Shown: piece after piece, positions 31,577 to 43,549 of the stretch
How positions within the stretch are numbered: the stretch's first letter is position 1
Layout: the number at the start of each line of letters is the position of its first letter
Assembly (NCBI GenBank): GCA_000708835.1
Contig: DF237466.1
Location: 14,809-66,904, forward strand
Source: Klebsormidium nitens
Taxonomy: Eukaryota > Plantae > Klebsormidiophyceae
Direction of reading: 5' to 3'
DNA length: 52,096 bases
Position numbers and translations under genes: made by a program
Notes under the pieces: generated by a model
The model's database searches: none
What the model was told of the DNA's origin: nothing
What the model saw: only the letters and a program-made list of their open reading frames with translations

Positions 31577-33498
31577 TTAGTAAACCGGTACCACGGTGGT
31601 TGCCTGCAGCTTGTCAAAGTTGTTCCACATGAATCGGCTCGGGGAGGTCGGGTCGAGCCCCATGAAGAACCCCCAAACCATGTTCGTCCACTCCTGCTTT
31701 GAGATATGGCCATCGCCGTCCGTGTCGATAGCCTCGAACGACAGCTTTGCATCCTCCTCCCAATTGCGCCCGGCCCCCTTGTGCATGTTGCAGAACTCCA
31801 CCCAAGAAACCTCTTCATCGCCGTCTTCGTCAAGAAGCTGCACGAAATCACTCCGGCAACTCTCGTGATTGTTTTAAGGGCCGATTGTGTCAAGATGAGC
31901 TCCCGGGGGACAGGTGGGGTTACTTTGGAGCTTAGGGTGGGTGCGGGTGCGGAGCGCGTAATCTTTTGGATTAGGATTCTTAGTTGAGGGGCCCGAGCTT
32001 ATGTATCTCGAAGCAATTTCCTGTTGATGCAACCTAGACTTGCCAGTATACACGAATCGGTCGAGGCATCGTGAAGAGTAACTCAAGAATTGGAGGAGAT
32101 CGGCATGGCACGTACTGCACCACCCGCAGATCTACATATTTCTTAGAGAATGAACAATGAGCGTTGGGGTTATGGGTAGCTCGGTAAAACTCGTTACCGA
32201 GCAACCCAACTTCGGGCAAAGAGTGGACGCCCATCGTGACCAGGATGAAGAATTGACAGCTATGTACAATGGTTCAGCGATTCCAGATTCAAGCCACAAC
32301 GTGCACTTGACGACTATTCGCCAGAAACCAATTGAACCACGCGGCGGACGTGTGAGCACGCTAATGCACACTTCACAAGAAGAGACGAGAGCGTCAAAAC
32401 AAGCGTGGGTCTTGGTCACTCAAAACTCTGGATTGACTTTGTCAAGGGTTAGCAGGCCTGACCCTGTTTCCAGTCCATCAAGGTCTGCTGACCAACTTTG
32501 AATTGCCAGAACTTCTACAAACTGAACAGATTAATAACATCAAGAGTCAATGGGACTCACGCCGAACCAGCGATTGCCGATCTTCTCGAGATACTCCGCG
32601 ATGCCCGAGGTGCCACACTTGTCCGCCATGTGCTGAATCATGTCCCTCTTGCTGAGGGGGATCCCCTTGAAGCCGTAGAAGGTCCACGCTTCGTCGTAGC
32701 CAATATTGAAGGAGGCCAGATCCGCCTCGGTCAGGGGCTTCTTGATCTGGGCTAGAGTGCTGCAGATGAAAGTAGACACCTGTCAGTCTCCTGATGAACC
32801 GAGGTTCCTAGATGAGATGGGCACTTTTGCAGGCCTTGTCTCTTTTGAGGGAAAGGAGGTTTGTTGGAGAAGCAGCACCTTGTGGGTCTGGCCTGTTTCC
32901 AAGCCGGAAGTATTGCCATAAGACAGGTCTGAGCCGAATACGTATACTAAGCGCTGCTTGAAAAATGGGCAGCGCGATCAACTTATCAATCATGTTGCGC
33001 TTTTTTATGAGTCAACTCTTTTGAAAGGATCGAGGAGAGCTCTGGGCTAGGGAGAGAGTGCTGCAAAACGAGGGGCACCTTCGTATGTTGGCCTTTCCGA
33101 ACAGGCTACTATTTACCTGGTCTCTGATACTTTCCTGAGGTTTTCAACACGGATTGGATTGTAGTCCTGCGTTTTACTACTGTGAAGGTGTCGCTCTAAA
33201 CTGCCGTGACGGGGGGCGGTACGGGGAGAAAGCTCTTCAAATTTCTCTTGGGCCGTCCATTGTAACGACCACATTTCTGAACGCGGGTAAAATGCTGTTA
33301 TCAAAACCACCCAAGCCTAGAAGAAGCGGCGGGTAAAACTTACAGCACAAGCGAGCGGTCCTTGTCATCCTGCGCGAGGAAGCCATTCTTGTCGACGTCG
33401 AGAAAGTCGAAGAAGTAGGAGATCTTCTTCTTCCAAAAGTCGTTGGCCAGGTACTCGCTTGCCGTGTACGTGGGCGGCGGTGTTACCATGGGACCCAT
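31577..33498 (-). CDS. EF-hand protein of the sarcoplasmic Ca-binding protein / calexcitin / photoprotein-like type, 204 aa
   Basis: Exons 33498-33344, 32759-32561, 31837-31577, in phase. EF loops DVDKNGFLAQDD, DEDGDEEVSWVE and DTDGDGHISKQE, with the second hand degenerate. Also FWKKKISYFFDFLD and the C-terminal GFFMGLDP. An alternative start at 33489 is possible. Confidence 0.85.
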
Positions 33499-35123
33499 AT
33501 CCCTTCACGGTTGCGTGTGTGACGTCACTGTGACCTGGTGGAGTCTGCAAAAGCAACGGGCGAACCAGGTGTCAATGGTTGGGGCTATCTTTCTAGGCTA
33601 CATGTGTGACACCACAACTTCAGGGGGGACTTTGCCCGCAAGAGGGAGACCTTGCAGCAGAAACCAGCCCGGCTGTCCACTGTGCGACTTCTGCACGTTT
33701 TCGACTATCTTTTCCCGAGCCAGCTGCTGGTAAGATCGAGATTGACATTCAGCCTAGCTGTCATGCACTTGTGGAGTGAAGCTCCGCTACGTGGTGATTG
33801 CGCCCCTGATCGAGATGGAAGTCAGTCAGGATTAGCAGATGCCCTGTCACAACCAGATGGATTGCGTTTAGACAACACCGGATTTTAAGTTATGATTCAA
33901 GGGCATTACTCCTCTTAGCTCGTGAAAATGAGTGAGCTGGTGATCTTGCAGACTTTAGACTCAAGTTAGACTATCAAACTCAATTTAATTACTCAAGATG
34001 GCCAAATGCTTCCATGCTTCCAAATGGAAGCCTACAACTAGTCAAGATTCATTGATCCGTTAGAAAAGCTCAGAACCATTGATTGTGTGCACAGATGGAT
34101 GCTTCACAGATGCTTCACAGATGTGATGCGCCTCAGTTGTTGAAACTTCAGTGATCAGTATAGGTGCCCATTGGCCCGCCCCAGAAACACCAGCCAGTCT
34201 GAACAATGAGGCCAAGGCCAAACCAGCTTGGCTTCATCAACGAACAGACACTTGTAGGTGAGTGAGAACCCAGGAACCGTCAGATTCAACCTGCGATGAA
34301 CGATGGTAACCAAATAAAGGACTCCGCGCGGCCAGTCCAAATAAGATGGCTTTTTTCAAAGGTCTTATCTGCAAAGCTGTATATGAAATTAGGGGGAATG
34401 TAAAAGTCAAGCCGCCGGGACTAGACAATTACCTGAGACGCAAAAGAAGATCCTCTGAGAAGCCGCCAAAACTCAGACCACCGCGACCTACTGATCAACC
34501 AGCTGCCCAGATCGACCAGGTACTCAAATGTTCGAAGCAGCTGGCGTCTCCAGTGCAAGTGCCGGTTGAAGGTCAAAGAAAGGGTCAGCGCGCAGGAGAC
34601 TTACTTGCAGTGCTTAACTTGTCAAGCACTGAAGATGCGCGAGCGTTGCAGTGAAAGATTGCGAACACCAAAGTCTGTACACGGATTTCAGCGAATGGGC
34701 GAAGCTGCGAGCTTCCGCAGCAACTGGACAGTGGAAGGAAAAGAGGGCCCTGACTCTGATCTGAGGTGGCGACTCAAAGGAATTCTTGATCTGCAGCTGG
34801 CCGCTGGAGCGTCAAAGAAGACCAACGCATACGTATATGACATCTGCCAGTACTGGTGTTTGCCCTTTGCCAGTACGGTACTGTGTATACTGGTGTTTGA
34901 TCGACTTGGTTCGAGCGCTGCAATGATTGCAGTGGCCTGAACATGAAACTGGGGTACCAGTACAGCCCTGAGCCAAGGCTGCTACCTACCGCCCCCTACG
35001 GCGAACCCAACAATCATTAATGTGTCGTCAGACTCACAATGATCCAGATCCACTGCGCCAGTAGGTAAGTACTAAGTACTATTATAACCGGCCAGAATCC
35101 GATTCTACTAAATTTTAATCACT

Positions 35124-35379
35124 GGGACCGGGTGGGGTTATTTAGGGGGTTAAGCACGGCTGTGAGCAGTAATTTTGTTGGTTTGAGATTTCTGTGTTTA
35201 ATTTCCTTTAACAACTCACAAGGCTTAATACCGACGCAAAATACTCTTAATTGTACAAAACTCCCAAATTCTTCGAGCTACCTGGGTACTTAAACCAAAA
35301 CCCTAACCCAAATATTCATGCACGAGCCCCGCACGGCCAAAACCCACCCTAACAGCCCAACTAACCCCACCCGTCTCCC
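35124..35379. mobile_element. Candidate MITE / fold-back element
   Basis: Imperfect ~29-bp terminal inverted repeats (gggaccgggtggggttatttagggggtt versus the reverse complement gggagacgggtggggttagttgggctgtt) around an AT-rich non-coding core. No TSD was found. Confidence 0.5.
35298..35306 (+). promoter_or_regulatory. Telo-box-like AAACCCTAA
   Basis: Exact motif inside the candidate MITE. Function is unsupported. Confidence 0.25.
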
Positions 35380-36850
35380 GGGCGCCTCTAGCTAGATTGA
35401 GATGGGAGTTATCCGTAGCAAGTGCCCGGTTGGGCAGAAATCCTCTGTTTTCCGAGGCCCGACCTGCCCATATCAAATTTGTTGGTCAATGTTGCAACTT
35501 GCAAGCGATAAAAGAGTCAGATCTTGCATCAGGCGGCCCGTCATTTTGCTCCTTCAAATACAGCCCAATCTGTGGAATCGCCGCCCCAGTTTCCTAGAGC
35601 AGGTTGTACTTTCCACTGATTTTAAGCTGCTCAATTCGCATGGCATACAAAACCTTTTTCTTCAATGGGCAAAATCCTCTGAACCGGATCGACAATCAAT
35701 AAGGGTACCGGAGTTGTGACGTCCCTGCATATGGTCTCATGGCTGGGGCCCACGAAGCGGCCCTTTGCTCCCACCCTATCCCGGTATTCCGTTGATTCAT
35801 AGCGAGATGGCCCGGTGTCTCCCATTTTTGCGTAACGCCACAACATCCTGTCGACTGACTATACGAACACACTGTTTTGCAGTTTGTAACACTGTCATGT
35901 GCTGCGTATGGTTGCATTACGGGTCGTTTGAAGGCGCTAATCTTCCACTCTGCAGCCTACCGTACGTGTGTTTATGAGGCATTTTGAGGCGTCCACTCAT
36001 TTGATTAATATCTGTTCGTATTGAAGGAGACCTCACACTTGGACACAACAGGTCGTCTGCATGAGCGGTCCCCCAGGCCCGCTCCATGAGCGCGCCATGT
36101 GATCTGAGCACTGTTGAGATGCATCGAGAGGCCCGCCCTGTATACGTGGAATCAACGGGACGACGCGACTTCTGGCAGGCTCGTTTGCCATCTCCATCAT
36201 GGTGCGCGGCACCGTCCAAGAAAAAGTTGATTGTGTTTCACTTCGTCTATCTTGTGATCATCAGTGGGCGGGCTGACAGGAAGTTCGCATCATCAGAACG
36301 TGTAGCTTGCAATCGACCCGTGTGATAAAAGCTGGCTGTGAATGTTGGAGTTTTCCACAGTGTCTGGCATGAGGTGGGGTATCAAAAGCGGAACCATGCA
36401 CTGAGGCCGCATTGCAATATCGTATGTTTTTGAGCCCTACCTGCAAAATCTACCATACAGTCTTTGGCTGACTCAACTAGTCAATCGACAAAGCACGCAA
36501 CAACACGACACTGCGACGCCTAGACCCTTCAGGACTCGTATAGATCTTACCAGGTCTTTGCTGTATCCGGATTGTTGCATAGCTGTCGACTCTAAATACC
36601 ACTGGTCCTATGCGAAGCGGAACGTAAGGGTGATTAGGGCCCTCTAGCTACATCTGTCCAGCCAACCGTATGATACAGTGAACTTTATATGACAAATCAG
36701 GCGGCATCCGGACTGACTCATCCAACGGTATATTGCCATTTCAGTCAACGATCCTCCGCAGTGCACAGTTCCGTCTCTATTTAAGTGCTATCAGTCAGCG
36801 GCTATTGTATTATATAAAGTACCGGTAATAGACTTCCAACTTGGATCACC

Positions 36851-39800
36851 TTACGAGGGAGTCTCAAGCGCCCTTTCCACGCGCCGAAGCGCCTCCGCCA
36901 GCGCAACCTCGTAGGCGCTCCCCACTCCCAGAGGGTTTCGAGGTTTCGAGTCGGCGCTTTCGAGCGCCGCGGCCGCGCTTCGCGCCTGTGCGCGCGCTCT
37001 CTCGTGGTCTTCGTAGCTGATCGACGGCAACATGCTCGCAATGACATCCCTCTTCCGCTGCAGTTCGTCCTCCGGGATCCGCCGCAGCTCCTCGATGATG
37101 TCAACCCCGCCTTGCATGACGTCATTCTCCGGGATGAAGACGGAGTAGCTGCTCTCGTCTTGCGGGAGGAAGGACGTGTACTCGTCGTAAGCGGACGCCC
37201 GGTGGAAGAGCACTGGGATGCACCCGGCCTGCCAACAAACACGTTTGGATCAGTCTCATTCTAAAGCGACCTTGCCAGGAAGCTTTGATGACGACCTCGG
37301 GGGAAAACAAACATCACAACGGAGCGGTTAAACGAGCAAGAACAGGAAAATTAAAACAGAAGATGCAGTCGCAACGAATAAATAGAGCCGTTAGCCCATC
37401 AAATGTAAAGCGACGATGGCGCTGTACTTGAGGAGAAATGGATGGCGATGACCTGGTGGAAGAAACTATGAGGGGAGTAGACGCGAACATGCCAGCCAGA
37501 AGGCTTTGAACTTGATTCACAAGCCAGGCCCAACTTCTAAAGGCAACTTTCGACACAAGGAACCTCGGAAGAGCTGTAAGAAAAGCCTCGTTGCCGAGGG
37601 GTCCATTTCGCCTTAGCCTTACAGGTCTGAATGCTGCAAGTCTGACGACACCGGCGTTATTCTCATGAGCCGAAAACGGTTTGCCGATTCTACTGCACAT
37701 TCAGACAAATCTGGCCGCTTGACCCGAGTCCGATCTGAGCCTCGAACGCGAAAGGTTTGGCCACAGCGCAGAACTTGGACCCTGCGATGACCTGGATGCC
37801 ACTCATCGAAAGTCATACGTTTTGCAGCTCGAGAACAGTTCTGCGGCCGGATCGATTGGGATTCGGGTCAGGCGGCCAGTTTGACCGAACCTTCAGTGTC
37901 AGGGATCTGACCTGCAGCGAGTCGAAGAGGCTCCGCCGGGTCGGGCTGTCCCCGCTCGGCTGCAGGCAGAACTTCGCCCTCTAAGTGCGGAAAACGGAAA
38001 GCGGCGGAACCGGAAAGCAAGTCTCTTACCTGCAGCGAGTCGAAGAGGCTCCGCCGGGTGGGGCTGTCCCCGCTGGGCTGCAGGCAAGACTCCGCCCCTC
38101 GACTGGATCCTTAGGAGGCGGAAAACGGAAAGCGGCGGAAGCGGAAAGCGGCGGAACCGGAAAGCGATTCCCTCACCTGCAGCGAGTCGAAGAGGCTCCG
38201 CCGGGTGGGGCTGTCCCCGCTGGGCTGCAGGCAGAACTTCGCCGCGAGCTGGGCTTCGAGGACTTTCGTGCACGGGCACTCCATGCCGCACTCGACCAGA
38301 TGGCAGTCCCCCGGGTGAAGCTCGCACTGCTCGGCGATTTTCGCCCGCAGGTTGCGGCCCCAATGGAGGCCCTCCCGGTTCAACTGCCCGGCGAAACTCG
38401 CCAGGTTTGTTCGGTTGGATGATTGGATGAGTTGTTGGTGGGCGGTGATGTCCTCCGGGCTGCCGGGGTGGAAGCAGGTTGGGTAGGGGATGCTGACCTG
38501 AGAGAGGGGAGGGCATCTCGTCAGAAAGCGGGGGAAAGTGCATTTGGAAAGATGCCACCGAAGCGAGCTCAGCCTCATCTGTTGGGTTCCAAGTGCAGTT
38601 TTTGTAAGACATCCTACTGCAGGTTACCTCTGGGTAGGATGACGGTAGGGATTGCGAATCGAACAAATCTCCTGTTCAGGAGTAAGAAGCAATCTCACGA
38701 CTCTCAAACAGGTCGAGCGAAGCTTCTCGAGTAAAACATACCCGTCGGATTGCAGGGGTGCTTTGGCGTTGGGTACCGAGGTTTGCAGGACCGCTGCTGA
38801 GGCGCTAAGAAGTGACCAACAGCTAAACAGGTTTCGCAGAGCACATCACGTGGAACTTAACTCTTCTCGACACTTCGAATGCCAAAGCACTAAAGTAGCC
38901 AGTATGCATGACCGTGTGAATAAGCAGACTCGACCAGGTTTGCAATCACGTTACCTGGCGCTCCGGTCCCGTAAAGACGCTCGATTCAATGCCCATGATG
39001 ACGAAGTTCTTGGTGTGCTTCGTCTTGAGAAGGCCGTTGGTGCAACACGTGTCGTCTTGCAAGCCGTCGAAGTTCACGTGGCCCATCGTCGTGATGTGAT
39101 CTCGGCCCTTATTCCTGAAAGCGACATGAAACGGCTGTCAAGTTAACGGAAGCGCGCAACGGCATCTGCGGGCCAAGCAAATCAACCTGCTCCCGGCGGC
39201 AAAATTTTGAGGTCTCAGGTACGCTAAAAAAACTAAGGCCCCGTCATAGAAGGATGTCCACTTAAAAGAATACCGGCGCGTTCAAAGTACCGGTAACAAT
39301 GTTCATCAACTTGCGTTATCTGTGTCAATCAGGACTGTCGTCCAGTCCTCTTATCCGTCCAAATATTCAGATTCAGGCAGAGCTTTTTGCAGCGCAGATC
39401 GTACCCTTACACGAACACTCTCCTGCGGCAATATGCAATTTCAGATTCGACCCGAAGGTCTACTTCAAAATTCTCATGCAGCGAAAGAGTTAAAAAAAAC
39501 GGGACCTCCAAGTCTTAAAGCTTACCTCCGGAGATACGGCAGCTTATTCAGGTGGGCGCCCAGTAGCCGCCCCACCAAACCAAGCGGCGAATACTCGGGA
39601 CACGTGGCGCGATCACAGTGGAGCGTCCGATTGTGATGCAGCATGCCGGTGTAAATGGGCACGTAGAACGCGGCCGCTTCGTTGCCGTCCAGAGTGCGGC
39701 AGGGGTACGAGTCGCGCATGTACTGCAAAAGTGGGTGCGGAAATCACGTGTTGACGAAAGGTCAGAGAAGAAAGAACCCATCGGCATGAAGGAGTGGTCG

Positions 39801-42268
39801 GTTGAAAGCGCACTCAAGCTTTTCTGTCACGCCAATAACGGGAATCGAAGGTTAGATAACAAGGAGCTCGAAGGTAAACTGAATCATTGTCTTTCGAACC
39901 TATCCGGGACAACCAGCTAGCCGAGAAACGACACCATTCTTGGCAAGCTGCGAGGCAAGAGCCTGCCGTTCTGAAGCCGCTGACGGCGAAGTTGGAAGCA
40001 CGTTCTCATAGCTCTCTTCGTTCTCGAGAAGAAGCTTTTCTGTTTCGACACAGATTGCATTGGCGCGTCGAAGATCGTCAAAATTGTCAGTCGCAAGACT
40101 TCTTGATCGGAGACGCCAACAGATCCTTGCAGAGATTCGGCGACTCCGTCTGCGTTTGAGTCAGGGCCCCCAAGAGCCCATGAGTTCTGGGGCTGCCGCC
40201 CCCCTTCTCATTGGCAGTCTAAAACGACGGACTCTTTCCTCTAGACTGATAAAATTGAACTTCTCGTTCACGAGTCAGGAACATGCGTCGACCTAAATGC
40301 TGAAACGAGCCGGAGCTACAAAAAGCAGAGGTTTGGAGAGAAAGCAATGCCCGGCAAACCGTGCTCTGAGTTGAGGACGCACACAATTCTCTTCTTTTCA
40401 CTTCCGCTCAGTCGAAAATTCTCAGATCCACTCTGTTCTCACCTGGTGAAACATGACCTCCAGCGCAAATTGCCCCGTATCCGCCCAGCTATTCACGGGG
40501 CTCCCCATCTCTTCCAAAAGCGCAACTTCGCTTCCAGTTAGGCGAGGCCCGATCCCTCCCAGCTCTGGCGCGTACACGGTGCACGCATTGCGGGGGTGTT
40601 GCGACCAGAAGCTGCTGCCGGCGCAAGACAGCGAGAGGACGTCCGTGTGGAACTCTGACGGCAAATCGTACACGTAGACGAGCTCATCCGAACGGCAACT
40701 AGGGTCGGGCCTGCAAAAGCAGACAATATCTTCAGGGTCCGGAGGAATCAGAGGTTAATGTTTTTGAGAGTGCTATTTGGGGTTAGATGGCAGACCCGAC
40801 CCTAGTATAGAGAGGCTGTCTAAATAGAAGTAGGCCGGAAGGTTGCCAGGTGCACAATGAGTCCGGAGGACAATGCGGAAAGTTCAGAATATCGCTACAT
40901 AGAGCAAGGGAGGTCTGTAAAGCTTGATACAATCGAATGTGATTGGATGAAAGTCACACGAGCTGAATCTCACGGGGCCTGCAGCTATACATATTGGGGT
41001 TTGTGAGCGGGAATGATGTAAGAGTGAGAGTGGCTGCTCTTTGATACAGATAGTTGACCCTTTTGATCCAGGTCAATTCGTAGTCCCTTGGCCTGCATAC
41101 TGCACGTCAACCCTTTACCAATCAACCCTCGACTTGTGAAGCAACTGTCATGTCTAAAAGGGACATTGAGAAGTCAGTCAAAGGGTCTTGAGCGGCTAAG
41201 CACATGCGTAAACATTGGACGGCTACTTTCGCAGCAGATGAGCTTAGAGACTCAATCACGACTTGTGGCCAGTTTAAGGAGCTTGTTAGACAAAGTGCCG
41301 CAAGGAACTTTCTTGGCCTGGTTTTATACAACCAGACCTCAATCTCAACAGGCAATTAGCCTTTTAGCACCACGACTCGGTTCAGATCCTGAACAACAAG
41401 CTGAGGCCTCCACCACAGAACTTTCCCTGCTCTGAGTAAATCCTCCTCACCTTACTGGTTGTGCCCCTCCCTCAGAAAGCTCCGCAGAACTTGCCGCTCC
41501 CAATCCCCCCACAGCCTCTCTCTTCGGCCCCTCCTCCTTCCCTACCTCCCCCGTTCCTTCCTCACTCCGTCTCTCGTCCCGGATCTCTGGGGCTTTCTCG
41601 TCCTCTGAGCCCAACACATCCCCAAGCTTGTTCTGCAACTCCTCCTGAAGAACTCCATCACCCGCTGCCCCTTCCCCATTCTTGTCGTCCAGGCTCCCTG
41701 CGCCTTCCGAGGCACTGCCCGCTTCCGAACAGCCCGGAGCGTCCGTGTCCCCCCCGTTCGCACAAGCCTGCTGTGTCTCAGCTTCTACAGTCTCAGGAGT
41801 TCCCCTTTCGGCAACCCCTCTCGTTCCTTCCTCAGAGGGGACCACCTGTGTCTCAACTCTAGTTTCATTATGCAATGCATGCGAACCCCCGCTATTGTTA
41901 CCCCCGTGCTCTGTGACTTCTGCCCCACCCAACTCGATATCCAAAGCATGCGTTTCGTTCACCGGCGTCTCTGAGCTTTGATTGCGGTCCGCCTCTGCTT
42001 CTCCCAGGAGAGCATCGTCAGAGCTCCCCCCATAAGGCGTCTTATTTGCTAGCTTCTGACGCTTGTGCACTGCAAATGCTAGCTCCCTTGGCTGCTGTAC
42101 CCGGTTGGTGCTGCGGCAGATCAGGGCCGTGCCATTGACACCGAGGAAGCCTCCGTTAAAACAACCCCATAAAGGGGGGAGGGACACGAGCATAGCGGTG
42201 CACAAGAGAAGAGTGACTGGGAGCTGCCAGCAAGGCAGTATTCGCCGGATGAGCTTGGAAGCTCTCAT
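36851..42268 (-). CDS. GT47 (exostosin-family) glycosyltransferase, MUR3/KAM1/XLT2-like clade, 713 aa
   Basis: Exons 42268-41451, 40710-40443, 39722-39526, 39114-38955, 38497-38177, 37228-36851, in phase. N-terminal hydrophobic anchor, [69 protein letters not shown]. Confidence 0.93.
37912..38243 (-). repeat. Triplicated exon end plus 5' splice donor of GT47 exon 5
   Basis: ..CTCTTCGACTCGCTGCAG|GT at 38177 (gtgagg), 38030 (gtaaga) and 37912 (gtcaga). The intronic ttccgc repeats are copied as well. Confidence 0.95.
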
Positions 42269-43549
42269 GTTTTCAATTGTTTTCAGGGTTCAGATCAATT
42301 GCTGGAAGCTCAAGGCTGGTTGAATGCTGCAGATAAAAAGGTCACTCAGATCAGCTGCAGCTTAGATGACTTGAGACCTGTGGAATGAATCTGTGAGGAG
42401 CCCTCCTTATTAAAGGACATGGGGCAGTGGCATCGCTCGTGTGCATATATAATGATCCAGCTTTGTTTTTGAGCTTTGATGATTTGAGCAATTGTTGGGA
42501 GTCTTTGCAGTAGTAAGTGGTCTATTGCTGGGACGTCAAGCTCCACAGCAAGAGTACTCAGCAATCAATTCGTTGGCGACATCAGTCTGGGCGCCCGCTG
42601 CTGTGAGTGAGACCGAAACAAAGTCAGGGGTCCAGGCCTGCCTGCTGGCTGCTTCAATCACCAGAAGCTTGCAGCATTCCGGAGAAGCAATGGGCCCTTC
42701 TGCTCTGCGACCTAAATCACTCCGTGCTGTTTGACCCAAGCAACTGGCTCAGCTTGGTTCGTAGCCTAGGAGGATTTTGTATCCTTGCAAGTTACTATGC
42801 GACGAGCTCTCATCCCTTTCGCAAGACGCCATGGGCAGCGTCTACAAGGCACCTTGATGCGGCAGTGCGCCCTTTCCATCACATCACGGCCTGTCCTCCA
42901 AAGCAGTCAGAGTCGGTCCGGGTCAGAGTACTCGCGGGACATCGGGACGCCCGTCAAAATTCAGATCAAAACGTCATGAATCATGATGCATATTCGGGCG
43001 CCGCAACGGCTAGCTAGCCCGTTGACTGCTCAGAAGCTGCCACTTGGCACTTTGCGACGCTACGCCGGCACGCAATCATGTAACCCAGGTGATCACCCAA
43101 GACTCCAGTACGTACCGCAGTACTACCCATACCACGATGGTCCCTGTGTTCCGCCTGAACGATCCAGACCGGACTCCTTCCGGGAATGAGCCGGGCTCTG
43201 GGAGCGGAACGGAATGCTCAGCCAGCTTTTCTGAAAATTCATCTTGAACCTTGCTGCAATTGCAAAGAGAAGCTGATCAAGAGAAGTGCAGCTCTGGCAT
43301 GGCTTATTTTATTGTCCACGAGGAGAATCGCAGCTCAACATTGAGCAGATGTCCCTCGTACAGATACCGCACTGTGGCAAGCTGTATGCTGGCACCAGCT
43401 TGCCGACTGACACCACAGCTTGTCGGACCCATACAAGCTGCACATATCAGTTGTCTACTGGCATCGTCTTGAGGCCTCCACATTCAATATGTAGGATAAG
43501 GGTCCAAAATATCATCTTGGAAAGAAATTCTAGCTTTTTTTTCCTACAG

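Noticed and set aside
31577-33498. Functional bioluminescent photoprotein
   Set aside because: The His/Trp of the aequorin C-terminal triad appear substituted. Only fold-level similarity is supported.
34346-36446. Several 60-125-aa ORFs in the intergenic region
   Set aside because: No recognisable motifs and no consistent exon chain.
42346-43549. Candidate MurG first exons
   Set aside because: No ATG-to-donor combination could be placed convincingly in phase 0, so the 5' end is left unresolved.
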